In this document: one piece after another, positions 20,068-29,673 of the stretch
Layout: every line of letters begins with the position of its first letter
Position numbering within the stretch: position 1 is the first letter of the stretch
Assembly: GCA_002707205.1 (NCBI GenBank)
Contig: PAMH01000004.1
Location: 12,776-76,775, forward strand
Length of the DNA: 64,000 nt
Origin: Legionellales bacterium
GTDB lineage: Bacteria; Pseudomonadota; Gammaproteobacteria; UBA1113
Direction: 5' to 3'
The notes under the pieces: model-generated
Database searches by the model: none
Told to the model about the DNA's origin: nothing
Seen by the model: only the letters and a program-made list of their open reading frames with translations
Program-made: the position numbers and the translations under genes

Positions 20068-20577
20068 ATGACTATTCTTAACGATAAGGCTGAGAATGAG
20101 AGAGAAGCTATAAAATTACCTATAAATTTTAAATTGCAAACTTTTGATGAAGCGCAACAGGTTGCAAAACAAATCTTGAAAATATTGGCGCTTCCAGAAC
20201 AAGTTTATGTTGGGTTAAATGAATTGCTAATAAATGCTATCGAGCATGGTAATTTAGAAATAGATTTTAATAAAAAAACACAATTAATAAATGCGGGTAG
20301 TTTAACTAAAGAAATTACTCGTAGATTACAACAGCCTCAATATAAAAATCGATTTGTATTTGTAAAAATAACAGAGGATAAAACACATTTTATTATTACA
20401 ATTACTGACCAAGGTTCTGGATTTGATTGGCTAGAACGCACAGATAGTTTTATGCAAACAGATTTAAGTAAACATGGTCGAGGGATTATCATTGCTCAAC
20501 TAATTAGTTTTGAAAAAATTCAATATCTAGGGCAAGGTAATAGTGTGCGGTGTTATGTACCAAAATCAAATAGATAA
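20068..20577 (+). CDS. GHKL-ATPase serine-protein-kinase / anti-sigma-factor-like protein (RsbW/SpoIIAB-type HATPase_c)
   Basis: 169 aa. N-box NAIEHGN, G1 box TDQGSGFD, G2 GRGI. Starts 4 nt after hemH stop, so probably co-transcribed. Confidence 0.6.
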   Translation: MTILNDKAENEREAIKLPINFKLQTFDEAQQVAKQILKILALPEQVYVGLNELLINAIEHGNLEIDFNKKTQLINAGSLTKEITRRLQQPQYKNRFVFVKITEDKTHFIITITDQGSGFDWLERTDSFMQTDLSKHGRGIIIAQLISFEKIQYLGQGNSVRCYVPKSNR

Positions 20578-20582
20578 AATAA

Positions 20583-20651
20583 AGTGAGGTCTCTTTATCA
20601 TTAGCGAAAAATAATATTTTAGATTAATGATAAAGAGACCTCACTTTTACA
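20583..20651. terminator. Bidirectional terminator between convergent genes (long perfect hairpin)
   Basis: aaagtgaggtctctttatcatta ...21 nt... taatgataaagagacctcacttt: 23-bp perfect inverted repeat flanked by A/T runs. Confidence 0.75.
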
Positions 20652-20657
20652 TGATTA

Positions 20658-21278
20658 TTATTTTTGATTTTTCTTAATGTTTTTTTTAACTGTTGGTTTT
20701 TTTGCAGCTTTTTTAACAGTCTTTTTAGCTGCTGTTTTTTTTGCAGCTGGTTTAACAGTCTTTTTAGCTGCTGTTTTTTTTGCAGCTGGTTTAACAGTCT
20801 TTTTAGCCGTTGTTTTTTTTGCCGCTTTTTTGACAGTGTTTTTAGCTGTTGGTTTTTTTGCAGCTTTTTTGACAGTCTTTTTAGCCGTTGGTTTTTTTGC
20901 CGCTTTTTTAACAGTCTTTTTAGCAGCAGATTTTTTTGCCGCTTTTTTGACAGTCTTTTTAGCTGTTGGTTTTTTTGCCGCTTTTTTAACAGTCTTTTTA
21001 GCAGCAGATTTTTTTGCCGCTTTTTTAACGGTCTTTTTAGCAGCAGATTTTTTTGCCGCTTTTTTAACTGTCTTTTTAGCTGTTGTTTTTTTTACAGCTT
21101 TTTTAACAGTCTTTTTAGCTGTTGTTTTTTTTGCAGCTTTTTTAACAGTCTTTTTAGCAGCAGGTTTTTTTACAGCTTTTTTGACAGTCTTTTTAGCAGC
21201 AGATTTTTTTGCCGCTTTTTTGACAGTCTTTTTAGTGGTTGCTTTCGCCATAGCATTAACTCCTTGATCGAGTCCCAT
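20658..21278 (-). CDS. Histone H1-like, lysine/alanine-rich DNA-binding protein (Hc1/Hq1/AlgP-like)
   Basis: 206 aa. About 14 tandem 13-aa repeats KKTVKKAAKKSAA. Low-complexity basic protein. Confidence 0.75.
   Translation of the reverse strand: MGLDQGVNAMAKATTKKTVKKAAKKSAAKKTVKKAVKKPAAKKTVKKAAKKTTAKKTVKKAVKKTTAKKTVKKAAKKSAAKKTVKKAAKKSAAKKTVKKAAKKPTAKKTVKKAAKKSAAKKTVKKAAKKPTAKKTVKKAAKKPTAKNTVKKAAKKTTAKKTVKPAAKKTAAKKTVKPAAKKTAAKKTVKKAAKKPTVKKNIKKNQK
20690..21245. repeat. Tandem 39-nt coding repeats (about 14 copies) within the histone H1-like gene
   Basis: Direct repetition of ttttttgc(a/c)gc(t/c)tttttaacagtctttttagc(t/a)g(c/t)tg units, visible by eye. Mirrored spurious ORFs on the + strand. 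Confidence 0.85.
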
Positions 21279-21535
21279 TGACTCATTAATAAAAATAGCA
21301 CATTTTTTTTATATCTACTAATTTTTATTTTATTTCACTTATTTTATTTTCGCATTTAAGCATAATCTATTTTTTTTTATTTAGGTAATAAACAAATCAT
21401 TACGATTATCATTTTATAACTGGTGTAAAAATTAAATTAAATAATAAATAAGGTAACATGTTTAAAATAGACATTTATAAATAAATGACATAGCATTTAA
21501 TATTAGTTACATTTGATATAAAGGAAAATTTCGAT

Positions 21536-22000
21536 ATGAAAACTCATTGCAGTAAAAAGGTAAACTTAGGTTTGATAGGACTTATTGTTTATTTGTTCAC
21601 GCTTTCTATTTATGCTGCTAATTTATCACCTCAGGGCTCATGGTTAACTATCGATGATGTCACTAAGAAACCAAGAAGCATTGTCAAAATTACGGAAAAC
21701 AATGGACACTTATACGGCAATATCACTAAAGTTTATTATCGTAAAGGTGAAGGACCAAATGATGTGTGTGAAAAGTGTAGTGGCGCTAGAAAAAATCAGA
21801 AGTTTTTAGGTATGAATATTCTTTGGGGTATGAAAAAAACAGGAAAATATAGTTGGTCTGGTGGGAAAATTCTAGATCCAGAAAACGGCAAAACATACAA
21901 ATGTATTGTTACACTTTCGCAAGACGGACAGCAATTAAATGTTAGAGGTTATATTGGCATATCATTATTGGGTCGAACACAAATGTGGATTAGGCAATAA
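21536..22000 (+). CDS. DUF2147 family secreted protein (signal peptide, lipocalin-like)
   Basis: 154 aa. N-terminal signal peptide. GSWLTIDD...KSIVKI...NGHLYGNI...ILWGMKK...GGKILDPENGKTYKCIVTL..LNVRGYIGISLLGRTQMW matches the DUF2147 consensus. Confidence 0.6.
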   Translation: MKTHCSKKVNLGLIGLIVYLFTLSIYAANLSPQGSWLTIDDVTKKPRSIVKITENNGHLYGNITKVYYRKGEGPNDVCEKCSGARKNQKFLGMNILWGMKKTGKYSWSGGKILDPENGKTYKCIVTLSQDGQQLNVRGYIGISLLGRTQMWIRQ

Positions 22001-22161
22001 TAAATTTGATCAATGCTCAAACTATCTCAAATTTTACGATGGTTTGGGTATCAATATAGCTATGATAAACTGACTTTGTATTCATTCTGTTTTGATGTCT
22101 GTTAAATAGGGTTGTTTTGAATAGCACCACAAAGTTATAAGATTTAAGCATGTGAGGCAAT

Positions 22162-23628
22162 ATGTTTTTAACGATTGATCAGGGAACGACAAGTACACGC
22201 TGTATTATCTTTGATAAAAATGCCAATGTGCAGGGTTCAGTACAGCAAGAAATTAAACAATTTTTTCCTCAAGAAGCTTGGGTTGAACATGATCCTGAAA
22301 ATATTTGGGAAACAACTTTAATTACAATGCAGCAAGCAATTGCAGATGCGAATATCAATCCGAAGCAAATTAATGGTATTGGTATATCAAACCAAAGAGA
22401 AACAACGATTCTATGGAATAAAAAAACAGGTAAAGCTATTTATCCAGCCATCGTTTGGCAGGATAGACGAACTTATCACTATTGTGAGCAGTTAATCAGA
22501 AATGGTTTGACTGATATGATTCATCAAAAAACAGGTCTTATAATAGATCCTTATTTTTCTGCTAGCAAAATTAATTGGATTTTAGAAAATGTATCAGAGG
22601 CAAAAAATTTATTAAAAGAAAATAATTTGTTATTTGGAACAGTAGAAACATATTTAATTTGGCGTTTAACTGGTGGAAAGCGACATGTTACCGATATGAC
22701 TAATGCCTCTAGAACCATGTTATTTAATATTGTTGATCAAACTTGGGATGCTGCCTTATTAGATTTATTTAACATTCCTGAACAAATATTGCCTGAGGTT
22801 TTAGAGAATGTTTCCTTTTTTGGTGAGACTGCATATGCACTTTTTAATTGTCATATTCCGATATTAGGTAGCGCAGGAGATCAACAAGCTGCGGCAATAG
22901 GACAATGTTGTTTTTCCAGAGGAATGTTAAAAACCACATACGGCACAGGTTGTTTTGCATTATTAAATTTAGGTGATGTGCCAGCATATTCAAAGCATCG
23001 TTTATTAACAACTATTGCTTATAGTATTGCGGGCAAGACTACCTTTGGACTAGAGGGCAGTATTTTTGTAGCAGGTGCTGCGGTGCAATGGCTTCGTGAT
23101 GCAATGAGTTTAATTTCCCATGCCAAAGAAAGTGAAAAACTAGCATTAGCATTACAAGAGAATGATAATGTTTATTTGGTTCCCGCTTTTACGGGTTTGG
23201 GTGCGCCCTATTGGGACCCATTAGCACGCGGCGCAATTTTTGGATTAACACGTAATACAGGTGTGAAACATATTGTACGGGCGGCTTTAGAATCGGTTTG
23301 TTATCAAACACGTGATCTACTTCATGCTATGCAAGAAGATGGGCTGGATATTAATGTACTACGAGTTGATGGCCGAATGGTTGAAAATAATTGGTTAATG
23401 CAATTTTTAGCTGATATTATTCAGTTAGAAATTAAGAGGCCTAATAATATTGAGACCAGTGCGCTAGGCGTTTTTTTTCTTGCAGCATTAGGCAGCGGCG
23501 CATACAGTAGTATTAATGATATTGCACAATTATGGCAGTTAGAGAAAAGTTTTTTACCATCCATGTCTACGAAGAAAAGTAATCAACTTTACGATGGTTG
23601 GCTGAATGCAGTAAAACGTGTTTTGTAA
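22162..23628 (+). CDS. glpK: Glycerol kinase (FGGY family)
   Basis: 488 aa. IDQGTTSTR N-terminal motif. FGGY N- and C-domains. Confidence 0.85.
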   Translation: MFLTIDQGTTSTRCIIFDKNANVQGSVQQEIKQFFPQEAWVEHDPENIWETTLITMQQAIADANINPKQINGIGISNQRETTILWNKKTGKAIYPAIVWQDRRTYHYCEQLIRNGLTDMIHQKTGLIIDPYFSASKINWILENVSEAKNLLKENNLLFGTVETYLIWRLTGGKRHVTDMTNASRTMLFNIVDQTWDAALLDLFNIPEQILPEVLENVSFFGETAYALFNCHIPILGSAGDQQAAAIGQCCFSRGMLKTTYGTGCFALLNLGDVPAYSKHRLLTTIAYSIAGKTTFGLEGSIFVAGAAVQWLRDAMSLISHAKESEKLALALQENDNVYLVPAFTGLGAPYWDPLARGAIFGLTRNTGVKHIVRAALESVCYQTRDLLHAMQEDGLDINVLRVDGRMVENNWLMQFLADIIQLEIKRPNNIETSALGVFFLAALGSGAYSSINDIAQLWQLEKSFLPSMSTKKSNQLYDGWLNAVKRVL

Positions 23629-23662
23629 AGAGAGTATGAAGACTTGAATAAATAATAAAAAT

Positions 23663-23690
23663 AAGGGCTGTTTTACAGCCCTTGGGTTTT
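23663..23690 (+). terminator. Rho-independent terminator after glpK
   Basis: aagggctgttttacagcccttgggttttcg: 8-bp stem, tttt loop, U-rich tail. Confidence 0.65.
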
Positions 23691-23704
23691 CGTGAGTGAC
23701 AGAA

Positions 23705-24109
23705 CTAAACGGGTTTTCGATTATTTTGTAGTTTCTTATTTAAAAATTTGATAGGTGATAAAAATAGTTTAACACCAAAAGCAATAGCAGATAATCCACC
23801 CAGTAATAATAATGCATTTGGTAAGACTAACGTCCAGTATGCGATACCAAAAAGTCCAAGCGCGTAAGAAAGTAGGCCTAATGAATAGCTAATATTTTCT
23901 ATGGTTTCATCATGCGCTAAGATTTCTGAATTATTTAACTCAGCTGCGTTAAGTATCGGTTGACCATTTTCAATTAAATAACGTAAGTCTAAATCTTGTA
24001 GTAGTTCAAATTGTTCTGTTGATGTTTGTTTAGCATCTGATTTCATGGGTGATTTTTGTAGCGAATCACGGCGTAATTGTGCAGTAATCATTGTTGTCAT
24101 CCTTTTCAT
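23705..24109 (-). CDS. Hypothetical small membrane protein with C-terminal bilobed hydrophobic domain (Inc-like topology)
   Basis: 134 aa. Hydrophilic N-terminal 70 aa, then about 40 hydrophobic residues (LGLLSYALGLFGIAYWTLVLPNALLLLGGLSAIAFGV) = two closely spaced TM helices. No homolog recognised. Confidence 0.35.
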   Translation of the reverse strand: MKRMTTMITAQLRRDSLQKSPMKSDAKQTSTEQFELLQDLDLRYLIENGQPILNAAELNNSEILAHDETIENISYSLGLLSYALGLFGIAYWTLVLPNALLLLGGLSAIAFGVKLFLSPIKFLNKKLQNNRKPV

Positions 24110-24334
24110 ATGGTTAAAATGTATTTATAAATACATACTATTCTTATCTGCTGCACCCTTATCCTTAGGGTAATATCCAGTATAGACAGCTTTTCTAAAA
24201 AATAAAGCAATCTAGACTATAAATTTATTGTAAAAAAATAGATGTGTAGATTGTAAGAGATTACTTACAAGTATTGATGAAAATATATCAATATTAATAA
24301 GTTAGCAATTAATTATGTAGCAAAACATGATTTC

Positions 24335-24366
24335 GTGCTGTCAGTAATCATTTACAGCACGAAATC
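24335..24366 (-). terminator. Terminator hairpin immediately downstream of gltA
   Basis: tttcgtgctgtcagtaatcatttacagcacgaaa: 9-bp perfect stem flanked by A/T tracts. Confidence 0.6.
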
Positions 24367-24388
24367 AGCAAACTTGCGATAGGAAGGT

Positions 24389-25684
24389 TTATCGTTTTGA
24401 TATTGTTTGGTAATCTCTAATATCACTACCAGTGTATAATTGTCTTGGGCGACCAATTTTGAAACTTGGTTGACTAACCATTTCATTCCAATGCGATATC
24501 CAACCAACAGTTCGTGCTAACGCAAAAATGACTGTGAACATGTTTGATGGAATACCTAGGGCACTTAACGTTAAACCAGAATAAAAATCCACATTTGGAT
24601 AAAGTTTTTTATCAACGAAGTATTCATCTTCTAAAGCAATTTTTTCTAATTCCATTGCCAGTTGAAATAGAGGTTGTTCTTTTGCATCAAGGCTTGATAA
24701 AACTTCATGACAAGTTTCTCGCATTACTGTTGCACGCGGATCATAGTTTTTATAGACACGATGCCCAAATCCCATCAGACGAAATGGATCATTTTTATCT
24801 CTTGCACGTTTGACGTATTCCCCAACTTTTGATACATCGCCAATCTCTCTTAGCATGTTTAGGACGGCTTCATTAGCGCCACCATGAGCAGGTCCCCACA
24901 AAGCAGTAATGCCTGAGCTAATGCAGGCAAAGGGATTTGCGCCGGTTGATCCTGCTAATCTCACAGTAGAGGTTGATGCATTTTGTTCATGATCTGCATG
25001 TAAGATAAATATTCTATCAATCGCTTTTGCTAACACAGGATTAATATCGTAGGGTTCAGACGGAACACTAAACATCATGTTTAAGAAATTTTCTGCATAA
25101 TTGAGTGAATTATCAGGGCAAACAAAAGGTTGTCCGATTGAATATTTATAGCACATTGCTGCAATTGTTGGCATTTTTGCAATTAAGCGATACGCAGAGA
25201 TCATTCGATCCTCAGCATTTTTAATATCCAATGAATCATGATAAAAAGCAGATAAAGCACCTACAACACCAACCATAACAGCCATGGGATGTGCATCACG
25301 TCTAAATCCATTGAAAAACTGGTTTATTTGTTGATGAACCATTGTATGTTGTTTAATGTTTTTCTCAAATGCGACAAATTCAGTTTGAGTCGGCAATTCA
25401 CCGTTGAGCAAGAGGTAGCTAGACTCTAAGAAATTAGACTTTTCAGCGAGTTGATCTATTGGATAACCTCTATAGAGTAAAGTGCCTTTTTCACCATCAA
25501 TAAAAGTTATTTTAGATTCGCATGAAGCAGTAGCAACAAAGCCTGGATCAAATGTAAAGTGTCCATGGCTTGCAATCGGTGCTACATCAATGACTTCTTT
25601 GCCTAACGTTGGTGTATAAATGGGTAAGTCAATGCTTTCACCATTATCCAATTTTATGTTTGCTTTTTTATCTGCCATAATCAC
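24389..25684 (-). CDS. gltA: Citrate synthase (type II, hexameric)
   Basis: 431 aa. Catalytic His/Asp motifs (GFGHRVYK...D). Divergent from sdhCDAB-suc as in E. coli. Confidence 0.9.
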   Translation of the reverse strand: MIMADKKANIKLDNGESIDLPIYTPTLGKEVIDVAPIASHGHFTFDPGFVATASCESKITFIDGEKGTLLYRGYPIDQLAEKSNFLESSYLLLNGELPTQTEFVAFEKNIKQHTMVHQQINQFFNGFRRDAHPMAVMVGVVGALSAFYHDSLDIKNAEDRMISAYRLIAKMPTIAAMCYKYSIGQPFVCPDNSLNYAENFLNMMFSVPSEPYDINPVLAKAIDRIFILHADHEQNASTSTVRLAGSTGANPFACISSGITALWGPAHGGANEAVLNMLREIGDVSKVGEYVKRARDKNDPFRLMGFGHRVYKNYDPRATVMRETCHEVLSSLDAKEQPLFQLAMELEKIALEDEYFVDKKLYPNVDFYSGLTLSALGIPSNMFTVIFALARTVGWISHWNEMVSQPSFKIGRPRQLYTGSDIRDYQTISKR

Positions 25685-26239
25685 TCCTGTTCTTATATAC
25701 CCAATTGCTTTAAAAGCATTGTTGATTTGAGCCTTGTTCTGTCTATCAGAAAACGAACTTTATTTGTTAAAATTGTTATTACAAATAAATCTCAAAATCT
25801 TACATAGTAAAGCTATTTTGAGTATAGGCGTATAGTGTATGACACTATAGCGATGCAGATTGAAGGTGTCAAATTTAGAACCGAGATTAAGTACATAGTT
25901 GTCGATTGATAGGTGTCAAAAATGCCTACATATTAATCAGTAGTTTTAGTGTTGTATTTAGTGTTGTATAGTAAGTAAACATAATGTTAACTTGTGCTTT
26001 TTGGGAACCTTAAAAATGAACAGCATATTTATCGTTAAATCATAAATGCATAAGTTTTTGACATGTTTTACGTAGGTACTGATGGGCTTGATAAAGCCCT
26101 ATTGATAATGTGCTAGTTTATACTATGAATTTGTTTTCTGATGGATTTATCGTTATACTTTCGCTGGAGAATTTTGTGTGAAAACAAGTTCTCGTGGTAT
26201 TTTTGGCTTAACTTTAAAATAAGCGAGAAGGAAAATAGC

Positions 26240-26620
26240 GTGAATAAAAAAAGACCGGTTAATTTGGATTTAATGACTGTCCGTTTTCCAATTACGGCAA
26301 TTACTTCAATATTGCATCGTATTTCGGGGGTTATTTTATTTTTTTGTATTCCCATTTTATTGTATTTTTTAAGCTGCTCTTTATCGGATCAAATTTCATA
26401 TGATGCTATTTCAGCTGTCTTTGAATCTTTTCCGATTAAATTGCTAAATTTCCTAATACTATCTGCACTAATATACCATTTTGTGGCGGGTATTCGTCAT
26501 CTAATTATGGATGTGGGTATTGGCGAAACCAAAATGGGTGGAAAGCTAGGTGCTAAAGTGATGCTTTTCATGAGTATTCTGCTAATTGTCATTTTAGGAG
26601 TATGGTTATGGGTTCTGTAA
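26240..26620 (+). CDS. sdhC: Succinate dehydrogenase cytochrome b556 subunit
   Basis: GTG start with gagaaggaaaa RBS. VNKKRPVNLDLMTVRFPITAITSILHRISG nearly identical to the E. coli SdhC N-terminus. 3 TM helices. The ORF-track start at 26141 is probably too far upstream. Confidence 0.8.
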   Translation: MNKKRPVNLDLMTVRFPITAITSILHRISGVILFFCIPILLYFLSCSLSDQISYDAISAVFESFPIKLLNFLILSALIYHFVAGIRHLIMDVGIGETKMGGKLGAKVMLFMSILLIVILGVWLWVL

Positions 26621-26976
26621 GAAATATTACAAGTTATAGTGGCAATGGTTTACGTGATTGGTTAGTTCAGCGTGTGAGCGCTATTATTCTTGCTGTTTAC
26701 ATATTGACCTTAGTCGCATTTATGATTTGTCACCAAAATTTAACTTATGGTGATTGGTCTACTTTATTTTCTAATTTATTTTTTAAAATTTTTACAGTGA
26801 TTGCGCTGTTTAGTTTGATATTACATGCTTGGGTTGGCATTTGGACCGTATTAACAGACTATGTCAAACCTACTTGGTTGCGTGGTTTAATTGAAATTGC
26901 CGTGATCATTAGCTTGATTGGTTATTTCATTTGGGGCGTTGAAATACTCTGGAATATCCAAGGGGTTTTATTTTAA
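26602..26976 (+). CDS. sdhD: Succinate dehydrogenase hydrophobic membrane anchor subunit
   Basis: 124 aa, 3 TM helices. Position between sdhC and sdhA. Confidence 0.8.
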   Translation: MVMGSVRNITSYSGNGLRDWLVQRVSAIILAVYILTLVAFMICHQNLTYGDWSTLFSNLFFKIFTVIALFSLILHAWVGIWTVLTDYVKPTWLRGLIEIAVIISLIGYFIWGVEILWNIQGVLF

Positions 26977-27002
26977 TCATTTAATAATTTTGGAGTTTAT
27001 CC

Positions 27003-28772
27003 ATGTCATTACCAACTTACGAATTTGATGCAGTTATTATTGGCGCAGGTGGTGCAGGTATGCGTGCGGCGCTGGCGCTGGCTCAATCAGGTTATAAAAC
27101 AGCGTTAGTCTCAAAGGTTTTTCCAACACGATCACATACAGTTTCTGCACAGGGTGGAATTACTTGTGCGGTTGGGAATACGCATGAAGATGATTGGCGC
27201 TGGCATATGTACGATACTGTTAAAGGTTCTGATTATATCGGTGATCAGGCATCTATCGAGTACATGTGTAAAACAGGACCAGAGTGCGTATATGAGCTAG
27301 AACATATGGGACTTCCATTTTCTCGTTTAGATAATGGTAAAATTTATCAAAGACCTTTTGGTGGTCAATCAAAAAATTTTGGTGGTGAACAAGCTGCTAG
27401 AACCTGTGCTGCAGCGGATAGAACTGGCCATGCTTTATTGCATACGTTATATCAACAAAATCTACAAGCAAAAACGCATGTCTTTTCAGAATGGTATGCG
27501 ATTGATTTAGTTAAAGCTTCTGATGATAGTGGTTTTGCTGGTGTGATGGTAATGAGCATTGAAACGGGTGAGCTTGCATTCATGAGTGCGCGAGCAATTA
27601 TTTTTGCAACCGGCGGAGCAGGTCGAATATTTCAGTCAACAACTAACGCACATATAAATACAGGTGATGGGGTTGGTATGATTGCGAGAGCAGGATTAGT
27701 GTTGCAAGATATGGAAATGTGGCAATTTCATCCAACAGGTATTGCTGGTGCGGGTTGTCTTGTCACAGAAGGTTGCCGCGGAGAAGGTGGCTACCTCATT
27801 AATAAAGATGGTGAGCGTTTTATGGAACGTTATGCACCACATGCAAAAGATTTAGCATCACGTGACGTTGTTGCGCGTGCAATGGCATTAGAAATGCGAG
27901 CGGGTAATGGTTTTGCTCCGAATGGTATTGACCATGTTAAATTAAAATTAGATCACTTAGGTGCAGATATTATTAAATCGCGTTTACCAGGTATTCGTGA
28001 ATTATCAATGACATTTGCTGGTGTTGATCCTATTTACGAACCTATTCCAGTAGTTCCAACATGTCATTATATGATGGGTGGTATTCCAACAAATGTTCAT
28101 GGTCAAGTTATTACAAAAGACACAAACAACCAAGATAAAATTGTTGATGGTCTGTATGCTGCGGGCGAATGTGCTTGTGTGTCTGTTCATGGTGCAAATC
28201 GCTTGGGCGGTAACTCCTTATTAGACCTTGTTGTTTTTGGTCGTGCATCTGGTTTACACGTGCAGGAGCAATTAAACAGTTATCTACCAAGAAAAAATGC
28301 AAGTGAAGCTGATCTTGAAGCTGCAATGTCTCGACATCAACGCTGGATGACTGATAAAAATGGTGAACATGTCTCTGATATTCGTGCTGAAATGCAAAAA
28401 ATTATGCAAAGTGATTTTGGTGTGTTCAGAACAGGCGAGTTTATGGAAGAAGGTGTTGAAAAGTTAAAAACACTTGTAGAAAGGATGAAACATGCAACGA
28501 TTGATGATCACAGCAAGGTGTTTAATACCTCTTTGGTTGAAGCAATGGAAGCAGAAAATTTATTAGTTACAGCTATGGCAACAGCTGTTTCTGCATTGCA
28601 TCGCACAGAAAGTCGTGGCGCCCATAGTCGTGAAGACTTTCCTAAACGTGATGATGAAAATTGGTTAGTACACTCTACCTACCAACAAGAAAATCATGTA
28701 ATGGGTACGCGAGAGGTAAATCGAGCGCCAAAATTTATTGAACCATTTGAGCCTAAAGAGCGCGTTTATTAA
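27003..28772 (+). CDS. sdhA: Succinate dehydrogenase flavoprotein subunit
   Basis: 589 aa. FAD-binding [19 protein letters not shown] and RSHTVAA-type motifs. Active-site HPTG. Confidence 0.9.
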   Translation: MSLPTYEFDAVIIGAGGAGMRAALALAQSGYKTALVSKVFPTRSHTVSAQGGITCAVGNTHEDDWRWHMYDTVKGSDYIGDQASIEYMCKTGPECVYELEHMGLPFSRLDNGKIYQRPFGGQSKNFGGEQAARTCAAADRTGHALLHTLYQQNLQAKTHVFSEWYAIDLVKASDDSGFAGVMVMSIETGELAFMSARAIIFATGGAGRIFQSTTNAHINTGDGVGMIARAGLVLQDMEMWQFHPTGIAGAGCLVTEGCRGEGGYLINKDGERFMERYAPHAKDLASRDVVARAMALEMRAGNGFAPNGIDHVKLKLDHLGADIIKSRLPGIRELSMTFAGVDPIYEPIPVVPTCHYMMGGIPTNVHGQVITKDTNNQDKIVDGLYAAGECACVSVHGANRLGGNSLLDLVVFGRASGLHVQEQLNSYLPRKNASEADLEAAMSRHQRWMTDKNGEHVSDIRAEMQKIMQSDFGVFRTGEFMEEGVEKLKTLVERMKHATIDDHSKVFNTSLVEAMEAENLLVTAMATAVSALHRTESRGAHSREDFPKRDDENWLVHSTYQQENHVMGTREVNRAPKFIEPFEPKERVY

Positions 28773-28783
28773 GAGAGGTTGTT

Positions 28784-29503
28784 ATGTCTGATTTAACCAA
28801 AAAAGTACATTTTAAAATCTATCGCTACAACCCTGATGTAGATCAAGCGCCTTATATGAAAGACTATCATATTGATGTGCCGGCTGACAGGGATATCATG
28901 TTGTTAAATGCATTATTTTTAATTAAAAATGAAGATGATGGATTTGGCTATAGACGCTCCTGTGCTGAGGGTGTATGTGGTTCTGATGGTATGAATATAA
29001 ACGGGCGTAATGGTTTAGCGTGTATTACACCATTGTCGTCATTAAAAGAACCTATTGTAGTAAGACCACTACCTGGTTTTCCAGTGATACGTGATCTTGT
29101 TGTAGATATGGATCAATTTTATAAGCAATATGAAAAAATAAAACCCTATTTACAAAATTCTAATCCAGCACCGGCACAAGAAAGATTGCAATCACCAAAA
29201 GCAAGATTAAAACTTGATGGTTTGTATGAATGTATTTTATGCGCATGTTGTTCGAGTTCTTGTCCTTCTTTTTGGTGGAACCCAGAGAAATTTATTGGCC
29301 CGGCTGGACTGTTGCAAGCGTATCGTTTTTTAGCAGATTCGCGTGATGATCACACAGAGGAACGTTTAGCAGAGCTGCAAGATCCATTTAGTGTCTTTAG
29401 GTGTCGGGGCATTATGAACTGTGTTGATGTGTGTCCAAAAGGATTAAATCCAACACGAGCTATTGGAAAAATTCGTTCTTTATTATTGCAGGAAGCATTG
29501 TAA
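28784..29503 (+). CDS. sdhB: Succinate dehydrogenase iron-sulfur subunit
   Basis: 239 aa. 2Fe-2S (CAEGVCGSDG), 4Fe-4S and 3Fe-4S cysteine clusters. Confidence 0.9.
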   Translation: MSDLTKKVHFKIYRYNPDVDQAPYMKDYHIDVPADRDIMLLNALFLIKNEDDGFGYRRSCAEGVCGSDGMNINGRNGLACITPLSSLKEPIVVRPLPGFPVIRDLVVDMDQFYKQYEKIKPYLQNSNPAPAQERLQSPKARLKLDGLYECILCACCSSSCPSFWWNPEKFIGPAGLLQAYRFLADSRDDHTEERLAELQDPFSVFRCRGIMNCVDVCPKGLNPTRAIGKIRSLLLQEAL

Positions 29504-29519
29504 TAAGTTCATTTCATAG

Positions 29520-29564
29520 GTAGTCGTAATGTTTAAATAACGATTCTTTAGACTTTACGACTAC
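29520..29564 (+). promoter_or_regulatory. Stem-loop in the sdhB-sucA intergenic region (possible attenuator or processing site)
   Basis: gtagtcgtaa ...25 nt... ttacgactac: perfect 10-bp inverted repeat. Confidence 0.4.
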
Positions 29565-29673
29565 AGATTTAATAAAATATGTCAACATTTTCAATTTGTT
29601 AGTTGGAAATGGTAATAAAATCAAAAATCACCTTTGAGCTGGTTTGAGTATATAAATTATTGAGAGGTAAAAA

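Noticed and set aside
20690-21245. Possible CRISPR array, because of regular ~39-nt direct repeats
   Set aside because: Repeats are contiguous with no unique spacers and lie entirely within a coding frame. No cas genes are nearby.
20664-21281. Two long + strand ORFs (205 and 196 aa, F/C/S-rich) overlapping the histone H1-like gene
   Set aside because: They are the reverse-strand shadow of the 39-nt lysine-codon repeats (AAA/AAG read as TTT/CTT). They have no start context and an implausible composition. The minus-strand K/A-rich protein with a downstream terminator is the real gene.
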